NCBI GenBank assembly: GCA_951406725.2
Contig: OX597816.1
Span: 4,340,001 to 4,404,000, forward strand
DNA from: Octopus vulgaris
Taxonomy: Eukaryota
Length of the DNA stretch: 64,000 bases
Reading direction: 5' to 3'
How positions within the stretch are numbered: position 1 is the stretch's first letter; each line of letters starts with the position of its first letter. This document shows, in pieces, positions 1 through 12,685 of this stretch. The notes under the pieces were generated by a model. The model ran no database searches. It had not been told where the DNA came from and worked only from the letters and a program-made list of their open reading frames with translations. The translations under genes were made by a program, and so were the position numbers.

Positions 1-177
1 TATTTCGTCTGCCGGTACGTTCTGAGTTCAAATTCCGCCGAAGTCGACTTTGCCTTTCATCCTTTCGGGGTCGATAAATTAAGTACCAGTTAGGCACTGG
101 GGTCGATGTAATCGACTTAATCTCTTTGTCTGTCCTTGTTTGTCCCCTCTATGTTTAGCCCCTTGTGGGCAATAAAG

Positions 178-181
<4 letters not shown>
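1..181 (+). mobile_element. SINE family A (tRNA-like head, Nin/Deu-like central domain); 5' end cut by the window edge
   Basis: B-box-like GAGTTCAAATTCC, central GCCTTTCATCCTTTCGGGGTCGATAAATTAAGTACC and tail ...GCCCCTTGTGGG..AAAGAAATA; the same sequence recurs more than 15 times in the window. Confidence 0.9.
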
Positions 182-234
<53 letters not shown>

Positions 235-357
235 TAAATGAAAGAATGGAGTCGAACGAAGATGTTAAAATTCCTTTACTCTCGACATATTTTCCATGCT
301 GACGATAAACATAGGATAATTCATTCACCTATTTATATATATATATATATATACACA

Positions 358-491
<134 letters not shown>

Positions 492-559
492 GTATACCGT
501 TCTTAGAGGAACCAACTATGATGTCATTCTCCAAATGATCTGAAATGGATTTCTGGTCG

Positions 560-885
560 ATTGAAGTATTTTATCGTATTTTGCATTTAGTTGTGAGCTT
601 TAGTTATCACTAAGTTATCACTAAGTGTTAAGTTCCTCTGTATTTAACCTGGCGTTTTAAGTATTAATTTAATGTGTCTGGAATATTCCTTCATAATCTT
701 TCCAGTCATTTACATGCTTTACACGCTGTGTCTACTTCACCGATTTCTCAGCATATTCCCATGTGTGCGCGTTCATTTTGATTCTCTTTATCTGGAATTC
801 TATATCGAGCATTCTTTATCTTCGTCCAATGTTCTTAATTATTTCTCTTCTCTTTAAGATTGCATTGTCGCATTTTTCAAATCCG
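560..885 (-). pseudogene. Highly degenerate R4/Dong-like non-LTR retrotransposon RT fragment
   Basis: Minus strand reads KCDNAILKRREII and MTGKIMKEYSRHIKLILKT, resembling R4-clade RT motifs (KC..LKRGK; KEY.RR.K.ILKT.LN); abuts (TAA)n. Confidence 0.45.
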
Positions 886-888
886 GAA

Positions 889-1065
<177 letters not shown>

Positions 1066-1320
1066 ATAGACGGAATCAAAAATTCAGTGATGGGGGAAAT
1101 GATCAGAAGAGAATGTTATCGCAGGGTAAGGGCAATATTCAAGAAAAAGCTGAATGCAAGAAACACGATCTAAGCGATCAATACATTAGTCTTGCCGGTC
1201 GTGACTTACAGTTTCAATATCATTAACTGGTCAATTACTGAAATATGTAATCTTGACAGATAAATACGAACATTGTTGACAATGCATAGAATGCACCACC
1301 CTAAGGCAGATATAGAAAAA
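1066..1320 (+). pseudogene. R4/Dong-like non-LTR retrotransposon fragment (RT thumb region)
   Basis: Translates ECYRRVRAIFKKKLNARNTI*AINTLVLPVVTYSFNIINW...LDR*IRTLLTMHRMHHPKADIE, typical of R4/Dong/Rex6 ORFs; in-frame stops. Confidence 0.75.
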
Positions 1321-1321
1321 C

Positions 1322-1615
1322 AGCTGTTCTTCACTCCTACTCCAGAGCGTCGGCTGCGGGGTCACTCCGAAAAGCTCTATCTGCGACGATTTCATCTCAA
1401 TCGAAGGAGAAGGGCTTTCTCCGTCCGGGTTGCGGATCCGTGGAATAAGCTGCCGGACGAGATAGTGAAGATGCCGTCGACCGCTCGATTCAAAGTCTCT
1501 CTTGACCACAAGTGGCCTGAACTTTTTACATGAACACCCTCCCTGTACATAACTCCATGCCCCTCTACATGGCCTTGCTTTTGATTTTGAGCCAAAAAAT
1601 TAACTTAACTTAACT
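1322..1615 (+). mobile_element. 3' end of CR1-clade LINE, same family as 17254-19847
   Basis: Closely similar to 19543-19847 (LFFTP.PERRLRGHSEKLYL...KWPELFT*, 3'UTR); ends in (TAACT)n. Confidence 0.92.
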
Positions 1616-1639
1616 TAGAAACAGGTTTGTACCGAAAAT

Positions 1640-2098
1640 GATACTGGTGCATTGCAGAGGTTTTGAGACTTTTTCAGTAGAGACATTTACTAATTTTGAA
1701 GAAGATCTAAACACTCATCTCCTTCCGAGAAGGATCCCCTGACTCCAATGCGCTTGTTGTAGCGCTCCAACCACTTCGTGAAGGCCACATGGACGTTCTC
1801 CAAACTGAAGGCGTCCAGGACTCTTGTCACAACCTCCTTCATCTTCAAATTGGCTGCCCCTGAAGTTCTCCTTCGGCGTAGGGGACAACCAAAAGGCACA
1901 ACGAGCAAGGTCCAGACTTTAGGGAGGGCGAGGGACTGTTTTGATGGCCATCCCTGCCGAGTAATTGGTTATCAGAATGGAAATAAGGAAGGTACTGGTG
2001 AAGGTTCTCTGGCTTTTTGTAACGAAGTCTCTTCCAGGAACTCCTTCAAAACCTCCACAAAGTACTCATTGTCGACCCTCTGGCCAGAGGGAACCCAG
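1640..2098 (-). mobile_element. mariner transposase remnant (C-terminal half)
   Basis: Minus strand WVPSGQRVDNEYFVEVLKEF... and MKEVVTRVLDAFS...FTKWLERYNKRIGVRGSFSEGD, matching the mariner C-terminus (W..R..KC...G.YFEGD); frameshifted. Confidence 0.75.
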
Positions 2099-2318
2099 AG
2101 TTAATGCTAATTCATACACTGAGATGTTGAAGATAACAAAATCTAAAGTAAATACATATTTCTTCGACTGTATTCTTCTGAAGATAGGCCTTTGCTCCCA
2201 AAATACTTTCTACAATTTTAGAAGCTTTCATTATTTCTCGTTTCATTCATTTTCTAATTTTGTACTGCAATGCTTCAAGCCAACTACAACGCGTGTTTTT
2301 CCTTACATACGTACATAT

Positions 2319-2870
<552 letters not shown>

Positions 2871-3326
2871 ATTGTGCATATGTGTGTATAATGTATGGAG
2901 ATATGCGCTAACCTAATATTTATTCTTTTTTTACATTTTACAGCTGTTGACATTTGTCTGTTCCCGATATATATCTTTGCCGTCACAGAGTCACAGATCG
3001 ATATCAATGGCGATCTGAATTGTCATTTATCATTGATGAACGAGTATAGCACACTTGGCTGTAATACCTGACTGAGCTATCGCCGTCACAGCAAATGTTC
3101 TCCGTTACTAATCCACTTGAGTATATCAATCTATCTCACGAAGCTGAAGTGTCAATGGAGACTGTAGCGGATTACAGTTCACCGCTCTTGACAGCTCCAG
3201 TTGCGAGGCTCTCTAATAGATGGCTCTTCGGTTACATTGAAGTCGCGCGCATAAATTGTCTCCTCAGTTGACGTAGACGAAAGTGAAAGTAGTTCCGCTA
3301 ACCTAACGTATTCCACATGTTGGCAG

Positions 3327-3492
3327 AGGCGCGACCGTGGAGGTAAAATAGCTACTTTCCAACCATGTGGTCATGGGTTCAACCCACTACGCGGTATCTT
3401 GGGTAAGTGTCTTCTGCTATAGTCTCAAGCCGACCAAAGCCTTGTGAGTGGATTTGGTAGATGGCAACTGAAAGAAGCCTGTCGTATATATG

Positions 3493-3587
<95 letters not shown>

Positions 3588-4155
3588 CGATCACGAACCC
3601 ACAAGAGTAAACAAGAGAGACAGAGAGAGGCAGCAAAAAAGGAAAATGCCTCTTGCATTTGAAATACTATGGAAATATTCTTTTAAAATACTTTTCATTT
3701 AATTTTTCCAAAATTTAATTGTTTTCTATACTTAGAGTTGAAAAAGTCTCAATGACCGAAACCGGTACTGAAACGTGTTTTTATAAAATTATTTTAGCAT
3801 TTTCTACCTTGACTTTTATTCGATATGTATATATCAACTCGTATGTTCCTTTTCAACCTTCTAAATATATATGTGTGTGTGTGTGACTGAATATGTCTAT
3901 GTATGTGTGTATGTATTATGTATGAATGCATGTATGTATATCTATATCTGTGTGTTCTTTGTATATTCCCTCAACGCTGCCTTACAATTAATGTTGGCTT
4001 GTTTATGTCCCTGCAACTTAGCGGTTCGACGAAAAAGAACGCTAAAATAAGTACCAGGCTTACAAAATATAAATACTGGGGTCGACTTGTTCGACATATC
4101 CCTTCAAAATTAGTGCCCCATCTTGGCTACAGTTCAATGACCGAAACATATAAAT
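3327..4155 (+). mobile_element. SINE family B (tRNA head, CORE-like CCTTGGGCAAG motif, internal TA/TG tract); diverged and interrupted at about 3590-3865
   Basis: Head 3327-3490 and tail about 3960-4155 match the intact copies at 11757 and 16682. Confidence 0.75.
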
Positions 4156-4214
4156 ATTAATAATCATTTCTACTCTAGACACGAGACCCGAAATTTTGTT
4201 TTGTGGGAGCCTAG

Positions 4215-4360
4215 TTGATTAGATCGACCCCAGTACGCAACTGCTATTTAATTTATCGACCCCGAAAGGATGAAAAGCAAAGTCGACCTCGGCGGTATTT
4301 GAACTCAGAACGTAACGGCAGACGTAATACGGCAACGCCTTTCGCCAGCTCGCCGCCTTA
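4215..4360 (-). mobile_element. SINE family A, partial
   Basis: Reverse complement of the family A head and central domain. Confidence 0.85.
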
Positions 4361-4499
4361 TCTAAATAATGATAATAATAAAAGAAGATACGATGAAATA
4401 AGTGATATTCACGGTTAGATTGAGCATAACATAGAATGTTCAACACCGGTAGCCTTTAATTATTAAGCACACGGTTTGAGAAACTTGGCTTTGATGACA

Positions 4500-5680
4500 A
4501 CAGTATGGAAAATTTTGTTTTATCGTAGCCATTTATTCATATAAAATTCTACCTTCAAGATCCATTTTTGTTACCTCAAATATTCTGCCTCGTTCAAAAT
4601 TATTGCGAAAGAAAGAAAGAGAACAAACAGAAAACGTCATAACATTCCAACGACATTTGGTTTTGGGATGGACGAATTCCTTCAAAATCTACCAAAGAAA
4701 CCACCGTTGCTCCTACATGTTTAGGCAAACAACAGTTCCCACTCGAGAGGGCCATGCTGTCCCAAATCAGGGCTTACAACACTATTGAGCTATCAAGTTC
4801 GCCATTACCAGGGCCAATAAGATACCTAACAATGCTTCTAGTTAAAAGGGTGTCAAAGAAGGAAACACTAACCGTCCGGATCTTTTTATTGTATCTCTCA
4901 AAATAGTCATTAGGGTCCCATTGATTGGAAAGGTGACATCAACAGCGACAGTGAGCTACTAACACACTTCTGACATCTCCAATTCGAGGGTTGGCGGACG
5001 ATATTTTCCTCATTACAAACTTCAGATCAGCTCCAGAGCATGGAGACAAAGCTGGAATGCCACAGTTGAGCAGTAGGCTTGAAAATAAGCTCTATAATAA
5101 CAAAATACATACAATGTAAAAACTTGAGTGATGAAACGGAGGAGGTGAAGGTCTCTACTTGGGATAGACACGTTCAATATATACCTCAACATGAAAGCTG
5201 AACGTAGCGGCAGACGAGATACCGCTAAGCATTTCGCCCGGCGTGCTAACGTTTCTGCCAGCTCACCGCCTTTTCAATACTACCACTGATCTACCGCCTC
5301 TCTTTAGACGCAAGCGAGACGTGGGTTACTAGAATGAAGGAATAAGGACGACTGATTACCACGCCGTGGGCCATGGAAAGATTCGTGCGAGGAATACAAC
5401 TATAGAATCATATGGAAGACGAGGTATTTTGAGAACGGAGCGTGGTGAAAAGTATGGTCGCAGAATAACAAAAGGACATGTTCCGCTGAACCGAGTTTGT
5501 TGCAAAGTCCTCGCACAAGCGGACTCGTGAAACTGTCGAGTGATATTTTAGGGATCGGAAGTTACCTCTCGGAAGACTGGTAAAGATATGGGAAGGTGAT
5601 AGTGAAAACATCAGGGCCCAATGGAAGAACATGTGATCAGCGATTTGTAATGACATCTGATAGACTTGGAGACAGAGCAA
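4500..5680 (+). pseudogene. Degenerate RTE-clade LINE RT and C-terminus, with a SINE A head fragment inserted at about 5197-5272
   Basis: KGVKEGNTNRPDLFIVSL (RGVRQGD..SP.LF), ADDIFL, LQSM...VGLKIS...TKYI and ASETW...LITTPWAMER...RDRKLPLGRLVKIWEGD; many stops and frameshifts. Confidence 0.7.
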
Positions 5681-6105
5681 TAAAGATATTTCAGGAAAAA
5701 TCTAATAAATAATGGCAGCCATTGAATTCTTCATCATCACCGAAATACAAGACATGGTTAAAATCATTCGTTGTATCCAACCAGAAGACATAAAATGAGA
5801 TGCGCGATGTTCGTCGTTTTATCGTCTGCGTTAATAATTTTATAAGACAAATGTTGCGCAGCCGAACCCAAATTCAATTATTATTTCATCCTAATTCGAT
5901 ATCGTATTTCAGATGATTTACACCGCATTTCACTAGTTTTATGTCGTCACTAATCAAATGTAATGTCCAAAGCATATCGTCTCACTTTTCGTAATATATT
6001 GGATGTGTTTCCTCCGCACAAATAATCCTTATGATGGCTGTTTCAGTTGAGATGGGGGAAGCGTGCATGTCTGGGCGGGGTCTGCATCACCATTAAAAAA
6101 GAAAA

Positions 6106-6290
6106 TGGCGGCGAGCTGGAAGAATCCTTAGCATGAAGGACAAAATGCTTCCGGCTTTTTACGCTCTGAGTTCGAATCTCACCGCGGCCTACTCTGCCCT
6201 TTCATCCCTTCGGAGTCGATAAAATAAAGGACAAGCCGAATACAGGGATCGATATAATCGATTTGCCCCTTCCCTCAAAATTGTTATAAT
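6106..6290 (+). mobile_element. Diverged SINE family A-related copy
   Basis: GGCGGCGAGCTGG head and TTTCATCCCTTCGGAGTCGATAAAAT central domain. Confidence 0.7.
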
Positions 6291-6709
6291 TGAACCTTGC
6301 AACGGATTGTCGCCCCTTTCAGAGAAATCTTTTACTCTCGGTCACTTGTGCGCCTTATGAGTCTTAGAACTCAAGAAACAAATGGAGTTCCATTAATAAA
6401 ACTGGAGCGTATAGGAATTAAGTGATAGCATGTGGTCAACTTAATGTGACAGTCCCATGAAAGGGAATAATGCTACTGTTATTTAGCCCTAGGAAACACC
6501 ATTTCCTGTTGGACTTGACACATTTCCTGTGTCCTTATGTTTTCAAAGTGGAGACAAGCACCTCCACTGGTATCTGAATATTTCACTTTTGTGTAGTGGG
6601 GGTGAAGCGAGAGAGAGCCTGATATTTGTCTCTTTGCATAATACTGTTATAAATGACAAAAGCAATAAAGAATCGCCGCCACACCCTCATCGTCTCTCTA
6701 AGGAATGTA

Positions 6710-6970
6710 CGAGGTGTTCAAAAAGACTCTCTGCAGTAACTGTTTTATTGCAAAATAGATATTTATAAGATGGTATAAGACTACAAAAGAATATATTAGA
6801 CTTTACAAGACTTTAAAAACCTTTATAAGTGGCGTTGAAAGTGTCATCCTTCACTTTCAATACCTAAGTTCACTCTTCTACTCATGTTTTGATTTACATT
6901 TTGGAGTTTCTGACTCTTGGAGAATCAGGATGAAGCAAATTGACTGCGGAGAGACTTTTTGAACACCCTG
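6710..6970. mobile_element. Tc1/mariner-type MITE, about 260 bp
   Basis: Terminal inverted repeats CGAGGTGTTCAAAAAGACTCTCTGCAGT / ACTGCGGAGAGACTTTTTGAACACCCTG, with TA on both sides. Confidence 0.8.
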
Positions 6971-7069
6971 TACTTCAAGAGAAAAATAAGACGATCTTTT
7001 CAGTACCTTATTTTCGGACGAAAATATCTTCTGCCTCTTAATTCAACGATTCCGTATCAAGTGTGAAAA

Positions 7070-7390
7070 CGCGTGAGTTAGTGGTTACGATATTCGGCTC
7101 ACTATCCTAAGGTCGTGAGTTCAATTTTCAGCGGCTCGTTGTGTCCTTGAGCAAGTCACTTTATTTGTACGTTGCTCCAGTCCACTCAGTTGGCAAAAAT
7201 GAGTTGTACCTGTAATTCAAAGGACTACCTTTGTCACATTTTGTGTCACGCTGAATCTCGCTGAGAACTACGTCAAAGGTACACAGGTCTGTGGAGTGCT
7301 CAGCCACTTTCACGTTAATTTCATGAACAGGCTGTTCCGTTGATCGAACCCATTGGAACGCCGCTTGTCGTGGTAACCGACGGAGAACCA
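7070..7390 (+). mobile_element. SINE family C-related copy
   Basis: tRNA-like head (TAGTGGTTA...GAGTTCAAT); body TGTGTCACGCTGAAT...GTGGAGTGCTCAGCCAC...GTAACCGACGGAG shared with 23137-23521. Confidence 0.8.
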
Positions 7391-7492
7391 TACTATGTAG
7401 GGAAAAGGATTAATGAACTAAAAGAGCTTCACCTGGGGTTGTAGTCACAGGTGACTGTACTGTTGGCTTTCCACTTCAAATGGCGAAAATAT

Positions 7493-7910
7493 ATATTTCT
7501 CTACTGTCCACAAGGGGCTAAACACCGAGGGGACAAACAAGGACAGACAAACGGATTAAGTCGATTACATCGACCCCAGTGCATAAATGGTACTAAATTT
7601 ATCGACCCCAAAAGGATGAAAGGCAAAGTCGACCTCGGCGGAATTTGAACTCAGAACATAACGGCAGACGAAATACCTATTTTTTTACTACCCACAAGGG
7701 ACTAAACACAGAGGGGACAAACAAGGACAGACAGACGGATTAAGTCGATTATATCGACCCCAGTGTGTAACTGGTACTAAATTTATCGACCCCAAAAGGA
7801 TGAAAGGCAAAGTCGACCTCGGCGGAATTTGAACTCACAACGTAGCGGCAGACGAAATACGTTTACGCATTTCGCCCGGCGTGCTAACGATTCTGCCAGC
7901 TCGCCGCCTT
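7493..7910 (-). mobile_element. SINE family A, one head plus two tandem bodies
   Basis: Two consecutive bodies joined at GACGAAATACCTATTT; single head at about 7860-7910. Confidence 0.9.
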
Positions 7911-8539
7911 TTATGTGTAAATATAAACATCGCTGCGAAAAAAAACCGATGAACCGGTTCTTTCGAGAGAATTCGCTCTTGGTATTTTGCTCCGCCCTAA
8001 TTTGACGGATACCACCTGGTCAAATTGTTGATCATAGATACAGCAAACCTGCGATCGTCTTGTTGAATACCTGAAATCACCGATACCATATCCATCAAAT
8101 GCAGTAAATAATATAAATGAACAAATAATATAAAATGAACAAATAATATAAAACAATTAAATAAACGAAATTCATAAGCCAGAAGTGTGTTGTTTCAACA
8201 ACGGTTTTCGTTGGATCACAGTCACATCTGTATCGAAGAACGGGATAACTGATTATCGATTATTGATTAGACATGCAAATAACTCTGCCTTTGGATAATT
8301 AACTCAATGTATGGAACCCCACACATGGGACCCTAAATGTTTTCAGACAACAAAACCTATTAAATTACATAATGGCAATTACATAAATATAATTAGCTCT
8401 TTCCAGCTGAATACTCTTCGTTGGTCACTCTCAATACCTGGTGGTTGTGGACAGACAACTACATACAAAATAGGAGTTACTAGTCCGGAAGTAATTCTAT
8501 TACGCCCGACTGTGTCTAGTTAAATAAGTTCATGGCACA

Positions 8540-8737
8540 TTATCATCATCATCATCATCATTCATCATCATATTATTATAATTATAATAATAATAATTAT
8601 TATTATTCATTATTATTATTATTATTATTATTATTAGCGTGCTTTCACTTCACTACCGAGCGCAGCTCTGTGTGCCTTGGGTATGTGCTGTGATTTGTTG
8701 TGATGCTCTGATGGTTATTGTATGGAAAGTGTTCTGC

Positions 8738-8800
<63 letters not shown>

Positions 8801-8881
8801 CATTATTATTATTATTAACACTACTATTACTACTACAACTACATGTGGGACAATAAATATTATTATTGTTGTTATTATTAT

Positions 8882-8919
<38 letters not shown>

Positions 8920-9158
8920 TTACTAACACTACTTGTGGGACAATAAATATTATTATTATTGTTATTATTATTATTATTATTTCGTTCTTTTGGGGTCGAT
9001 GAAATATGTACTAGTTGAGTACTAGGAGTGGGGGGGCGATGTAATCGACTTACCCACTACCCCAAAATTCCAGGCCTTGTGCCAATTGCTGGAAAGATTC
9101 TTCTTCTTCTTCTTCTTCTTCTTCTTCTTCTTTGTCTTCTTCTTCTTCTTCTTCTTCT

Positions 9159-9215
<57 letters not shown>
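8540..9215. repeat. Trinucleotide microsatellite cluster (ATC, ATT, ACT, TTC) with a local duplication (AC.TGTGGGACAATAAAT twice)
   Basis: Directly visible. Confidence 0.9.
8637..8737 (-). mobile_element. Probable extreme 3' end of an R4/Dong-like element embedded in (TAA)n
   Basis: 100-bp non-repetitive island between (ATT)n arrays; minus strand starts RTLSIQ* (like R4-type ORF ends ..ILRRTL..*), followed by a short 3'UTR and (TAA)n. Confidence 0.5.
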
Positions 9216-9216
<1 letters not shown>

Positions 9217-9964
9217 TCACAGTTTCCAACCTTCCCTGTTATGGCAACCGATCACAAAACTGAAAAAGCTGATGACGACAAATTCCCCCGTTTGCGTCAA
9301 GGTGCCAATTGTTCTGATGCAATTTGTTTAGAACCAACATTATAAAAATCGATATCTATTGATTACGAGTACATACGAACGGACGGTGGGAAAACGGTGA
9401 AACTCCATGCGTAATATTTAGATCTGGGGAAACATGAAAATGAAAAGAAGACAAAAAGCAGGAATGTAAGTTGCAAGCGTTAAGTGGTTGCATATTTTAC
9501 AAACAAAATGAACGTCAATTGTAGCTGAGTAATTAGGATGTCGCCTTGACAACGGAAAAGGTCAATAGTCTCGATCAGTCATTCGTAGCTCGCTGTGTCC
9601 CAACAAAGACACGTACTTCTGGATATCCCAGTTTAGATATTTGTGAACAGATGCTGTGGCTAGATTGATTGCAGTGTTGCAGCATGTAGCATGCACATCG
9701 AGCGAAGTGCATTTCGATCGAAAAACCTCTCGTATGCAATATTCTCGATCCACTTGCGTTTTGTATTTATCGATCACGGAGAACCTTTCCCAACTTGTTT
9801 TATCCCACGTCCCCCAAAAAGATAATATTCGAGAAAAATAATAAAACGCATCCCATATATATAAGTACACATACACAAACACGCAAACACACACACACGT
9901 ACACAAACACGCACATACAAACACACTCACTCACACACAGAGACACACAAACGTACATACATAT

Positions 9965-10177
9965 ATATTTCTTTACTACCCACAAGGGGGCTAAACACAG
10001 AGGGGACAAACAAGGACAGACAAAGGGATTAAGTCGATTACATCGACCCAGTGTGTAACTGGTACTTAATTTATCGACCCCGAAAGGATGAAAGGCAAAC
10101 TCGACCTCGGTGGAATTTGAACTCGGAACGTAGCGACAGACGAAATACGGCTATGCATTTCGCCCAGCGTGCTAACG
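9965..10177 (-). mobile_element. SINE family A
   Basis: Reverse complement of the family A body. Confidence 0.9.
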
Positions 10178-10373
10178 TACATACATATATATGTTTGTTT
10201 TCATTGAAACTGACGCAGAGAGTTAGTCACGTGATTCAAGTTTCACGCCACTGCGTTCTTCAGGTTTCAATAACACGTAATAACCTTTACATGTAGCGAG
10301 CACCCTTTGCTCTTTCACACAACGTAATGCAACGTACCTATGTACGCACGCACACACGCACATATGTCTCACC

Positions 10374-10918
10374 CAGTTTGACATACTCGATTTTTACCCG
10401 TCTATATCAAAAGGGTTACTAGTGAAGGCACTTTCCTTTGCTAGGCGTTTCAGACGTTAGCGACAAAGACTTAGATGTCATAATGCTGTTCAATAATGGT
10501 TCGACCTTGGTCAAGCAACCCGACCCTGTAGGCTCCTTTGACGTAGCGATGGAGACCTACGACAGCGCAGATGTATGCGATCTCATCGGGTTGTATATCC
10601 TTGATGTCCTTAAGAAGTTCCCCTCTCTCTCTCTTTGATCTCTACAGAGATGACGCCCTAGCCATCTCCAGAGAAGCCAATGGGCACACTCTGGACGGGC
10701 TTAGGAAAGATCTAATTAGCACCCTCGGCTCCATGGGACTGAAAATTACTATCGAGACCAATCTCACCACCGTGGACTTCTTAGACGTCACGCTCGACTT
10801 GGTCTCTGGTCCATACAGGCCCTACCCCAAGCCAAACAAGAGGCTAACGTACATCAACACAGCCTCCTGTCATCCACTTATTGTGTTCAAAAACCTGCTG
10901 AAGGTTGTCAGCAAGAGG
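10374..10918 (+). pseudogene. Penelope-like element reverse transcriptase fragment (probably Naiad clade)
   Basis: FDILDFYPSI, FDVAMETYDSADVCDLIGLYIL, LYRDDALA, VDFLDVTLDL..PYRPYPKP..YINTASCHP; frameshifted. Confidence 0.85.
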
Positions 10919-11062
10919 ACCCAGAAATATCGTTTGGTTTCCCCACCACCAGCACCAACACCAACACTTTCCCCTTAACGTAAAAACGTGTTTAGGTAGT
11001 AAATAAACATTTCATAGATTCACATATGTTTATGTATACATATATGTGTGCGTTTATATATA

Positions 11063-11103
<41 letters not shown>

Positions 11104-11242
11104 TGCAGCGTGGAAGGTGTTTGTAAGCCATTTAAGAAACACACAAAAGCCGTTTCAATGGCTTACAAACACCTTCCACGCTGCATTGTTTTCGTTCCAG
11201 CACACGATCTCAGATCAAATCACTTGCTATGCAAGTACATCT

Positions 11243-11288
<46 letters not shown>

Positions 11289-11756
11289 TACATACACACG
11301 CACGCATACCTGTTTATGTACATCTATGCATGTGCAAACATATGCGTGTGAGAGTGCAGGAATGTGTGTGTGTGTGTGTGTGAAATTAACAAATTTAATT
11401 TACGATAAAGCTTTAATTTCATTTTCTTTAAAATGCTGGTCGATTCAGAATCCCCAAGAGTTCGCCTACAGTTACCTGCCTCTGACTGCCACCCACTGCC
11501 ACTCCGTTTGTTCTTTTACTCTTCTTTCCCTTGCGTCTTCGGAGGAAAGTCTTGAAATGTTGTCGGTCTAATTTAGCATCTCCCACTGCCACTCACTGCC
11601 ACTCCTTCTCTTGTTTTACATTCCTTTGCCTACAGCCTGATCGACAGGAAGAGACATTTGTATGTGTTTTATTGCATTAGAAGATCATTGACCGCACGTT
11701 TTGCGTGAAATATTTTGTGAGGCGCATTTGATAATAAGTTTATTAAAGAATTTTAT

Positions 11757-12180
11757 GGCGCAGGGGTGGCTGTGTGGTAAGTAGCTTGCTTAAAAACCAC
11801 ATGGTTCCGGGTTCAGTCCCACTGCATGGCATCTTGGGCAAGTGTCTTCTGCTATAGCCTCGGGCCGACCAATGCCTTGTGAGTGGATTTGGTAGACGGA
11901 AACTGAAAGAAGCCCTGTCGTATATATGTATATATATACATATATATGTGTGTGTGTGTATGTGTTTGTGTGTCTGTGTTTGTCCCCCTAGCAATGCTTG
12001 ACAACCGATGCTGGTGTGTTTGCGTCCCCGTCACATAGCGGTTCGGCAAGGTGACCGATAGAATAAGTACTGGGCTTACAAAAGAATAAGTCCCGGGGTC
12101 GATTTGCTCGACTAAAGGCGGTGCTCCAGCTTGGCGGCAGTCAAATTCCTGAAACAAGTAAAAGAGTAAAAGAGAGAGTA
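11757..12180 (+). mobile_element. SINE family B, full length
   Basis: Head GGCGCAGG.GTGGCTGTGTGGTAAG...GGGTTCAGTCCC, CTTGGGCAAGTG, internal TA/TG tract, tail GTAAAAGA repeats. Confidence 0.92.
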
Positions 12181-12386
12181 ATTAATTCGATTCCGTGGGT
12201 TTCTGATTTCAAAATGGAGTAGCACTGAATTTGCCATCCATTACTTTTGGATCGTTAAAACTTACAAAATCTAGATTCTTACAACAAATATTTTGGGTTA
12301 TTTTTCCAATTTCGCTGCTCGTATTTATGTTTCTAATTTCTAATTTCGGTGACCAGTGAATAGATTTCACTGTAAATACATATATT

Positions 12387-12516
12387 TGCGAAGCCTTGGC
12401 AGGTATCTCAACAAGCAGGACTGACTACCCCGGACTGATGACGAGCAAAGACTCGGAAACATGCATGTCTCTAGGTGCTGGCCCTAGCTCTTGGGGATGC
12501 TTGCCTCCCCTTCGCA
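12387..12516 (+). ncRNA. Type I hammerhead ribozyme motif inside a long hairpin
   Basis: CTGATGA (12435-12441), stem II CGAG/CTCG, GAAA, palindromic stem III ACATGCATGT, GTC cleavage triplet (12467-12469), extended stem I. Confidence 0.75.
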
Positions 12517-12685
12517 GTACGTTCTGAGTTCAAATTCCGCCGAGATTGACTTTGCCTTTCATCCTTTCCGGGGTCGATAAATTAAGGACCAGTTACGCAC
12601 TGGGGTCGATGTAATCGACTTAATCCGTTTGTCTGTCCTTGTTTGTCCCCTCTGTGTTTAGCCCCTTGTGGGTAGTAAAGAAATA
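12517..12685 (+). mobile_element. SINE family A, 5'-truncated
   Basis: Matches the family A body. Confidence 0.9.

Noticed and set aside
3000-3325. Minus-strand IYARDFNV...NSDRH resembling AP-endonuclease motifs
   Set aside because: Only two short, imperfect motifs with many stops; too weak to call
9560-9860. Possible Tc1/mariner 3' end (RSSLCPNKDTYFW..., HFD)
   Set aside because: Motifs are too degraded and no matching second TIR was found
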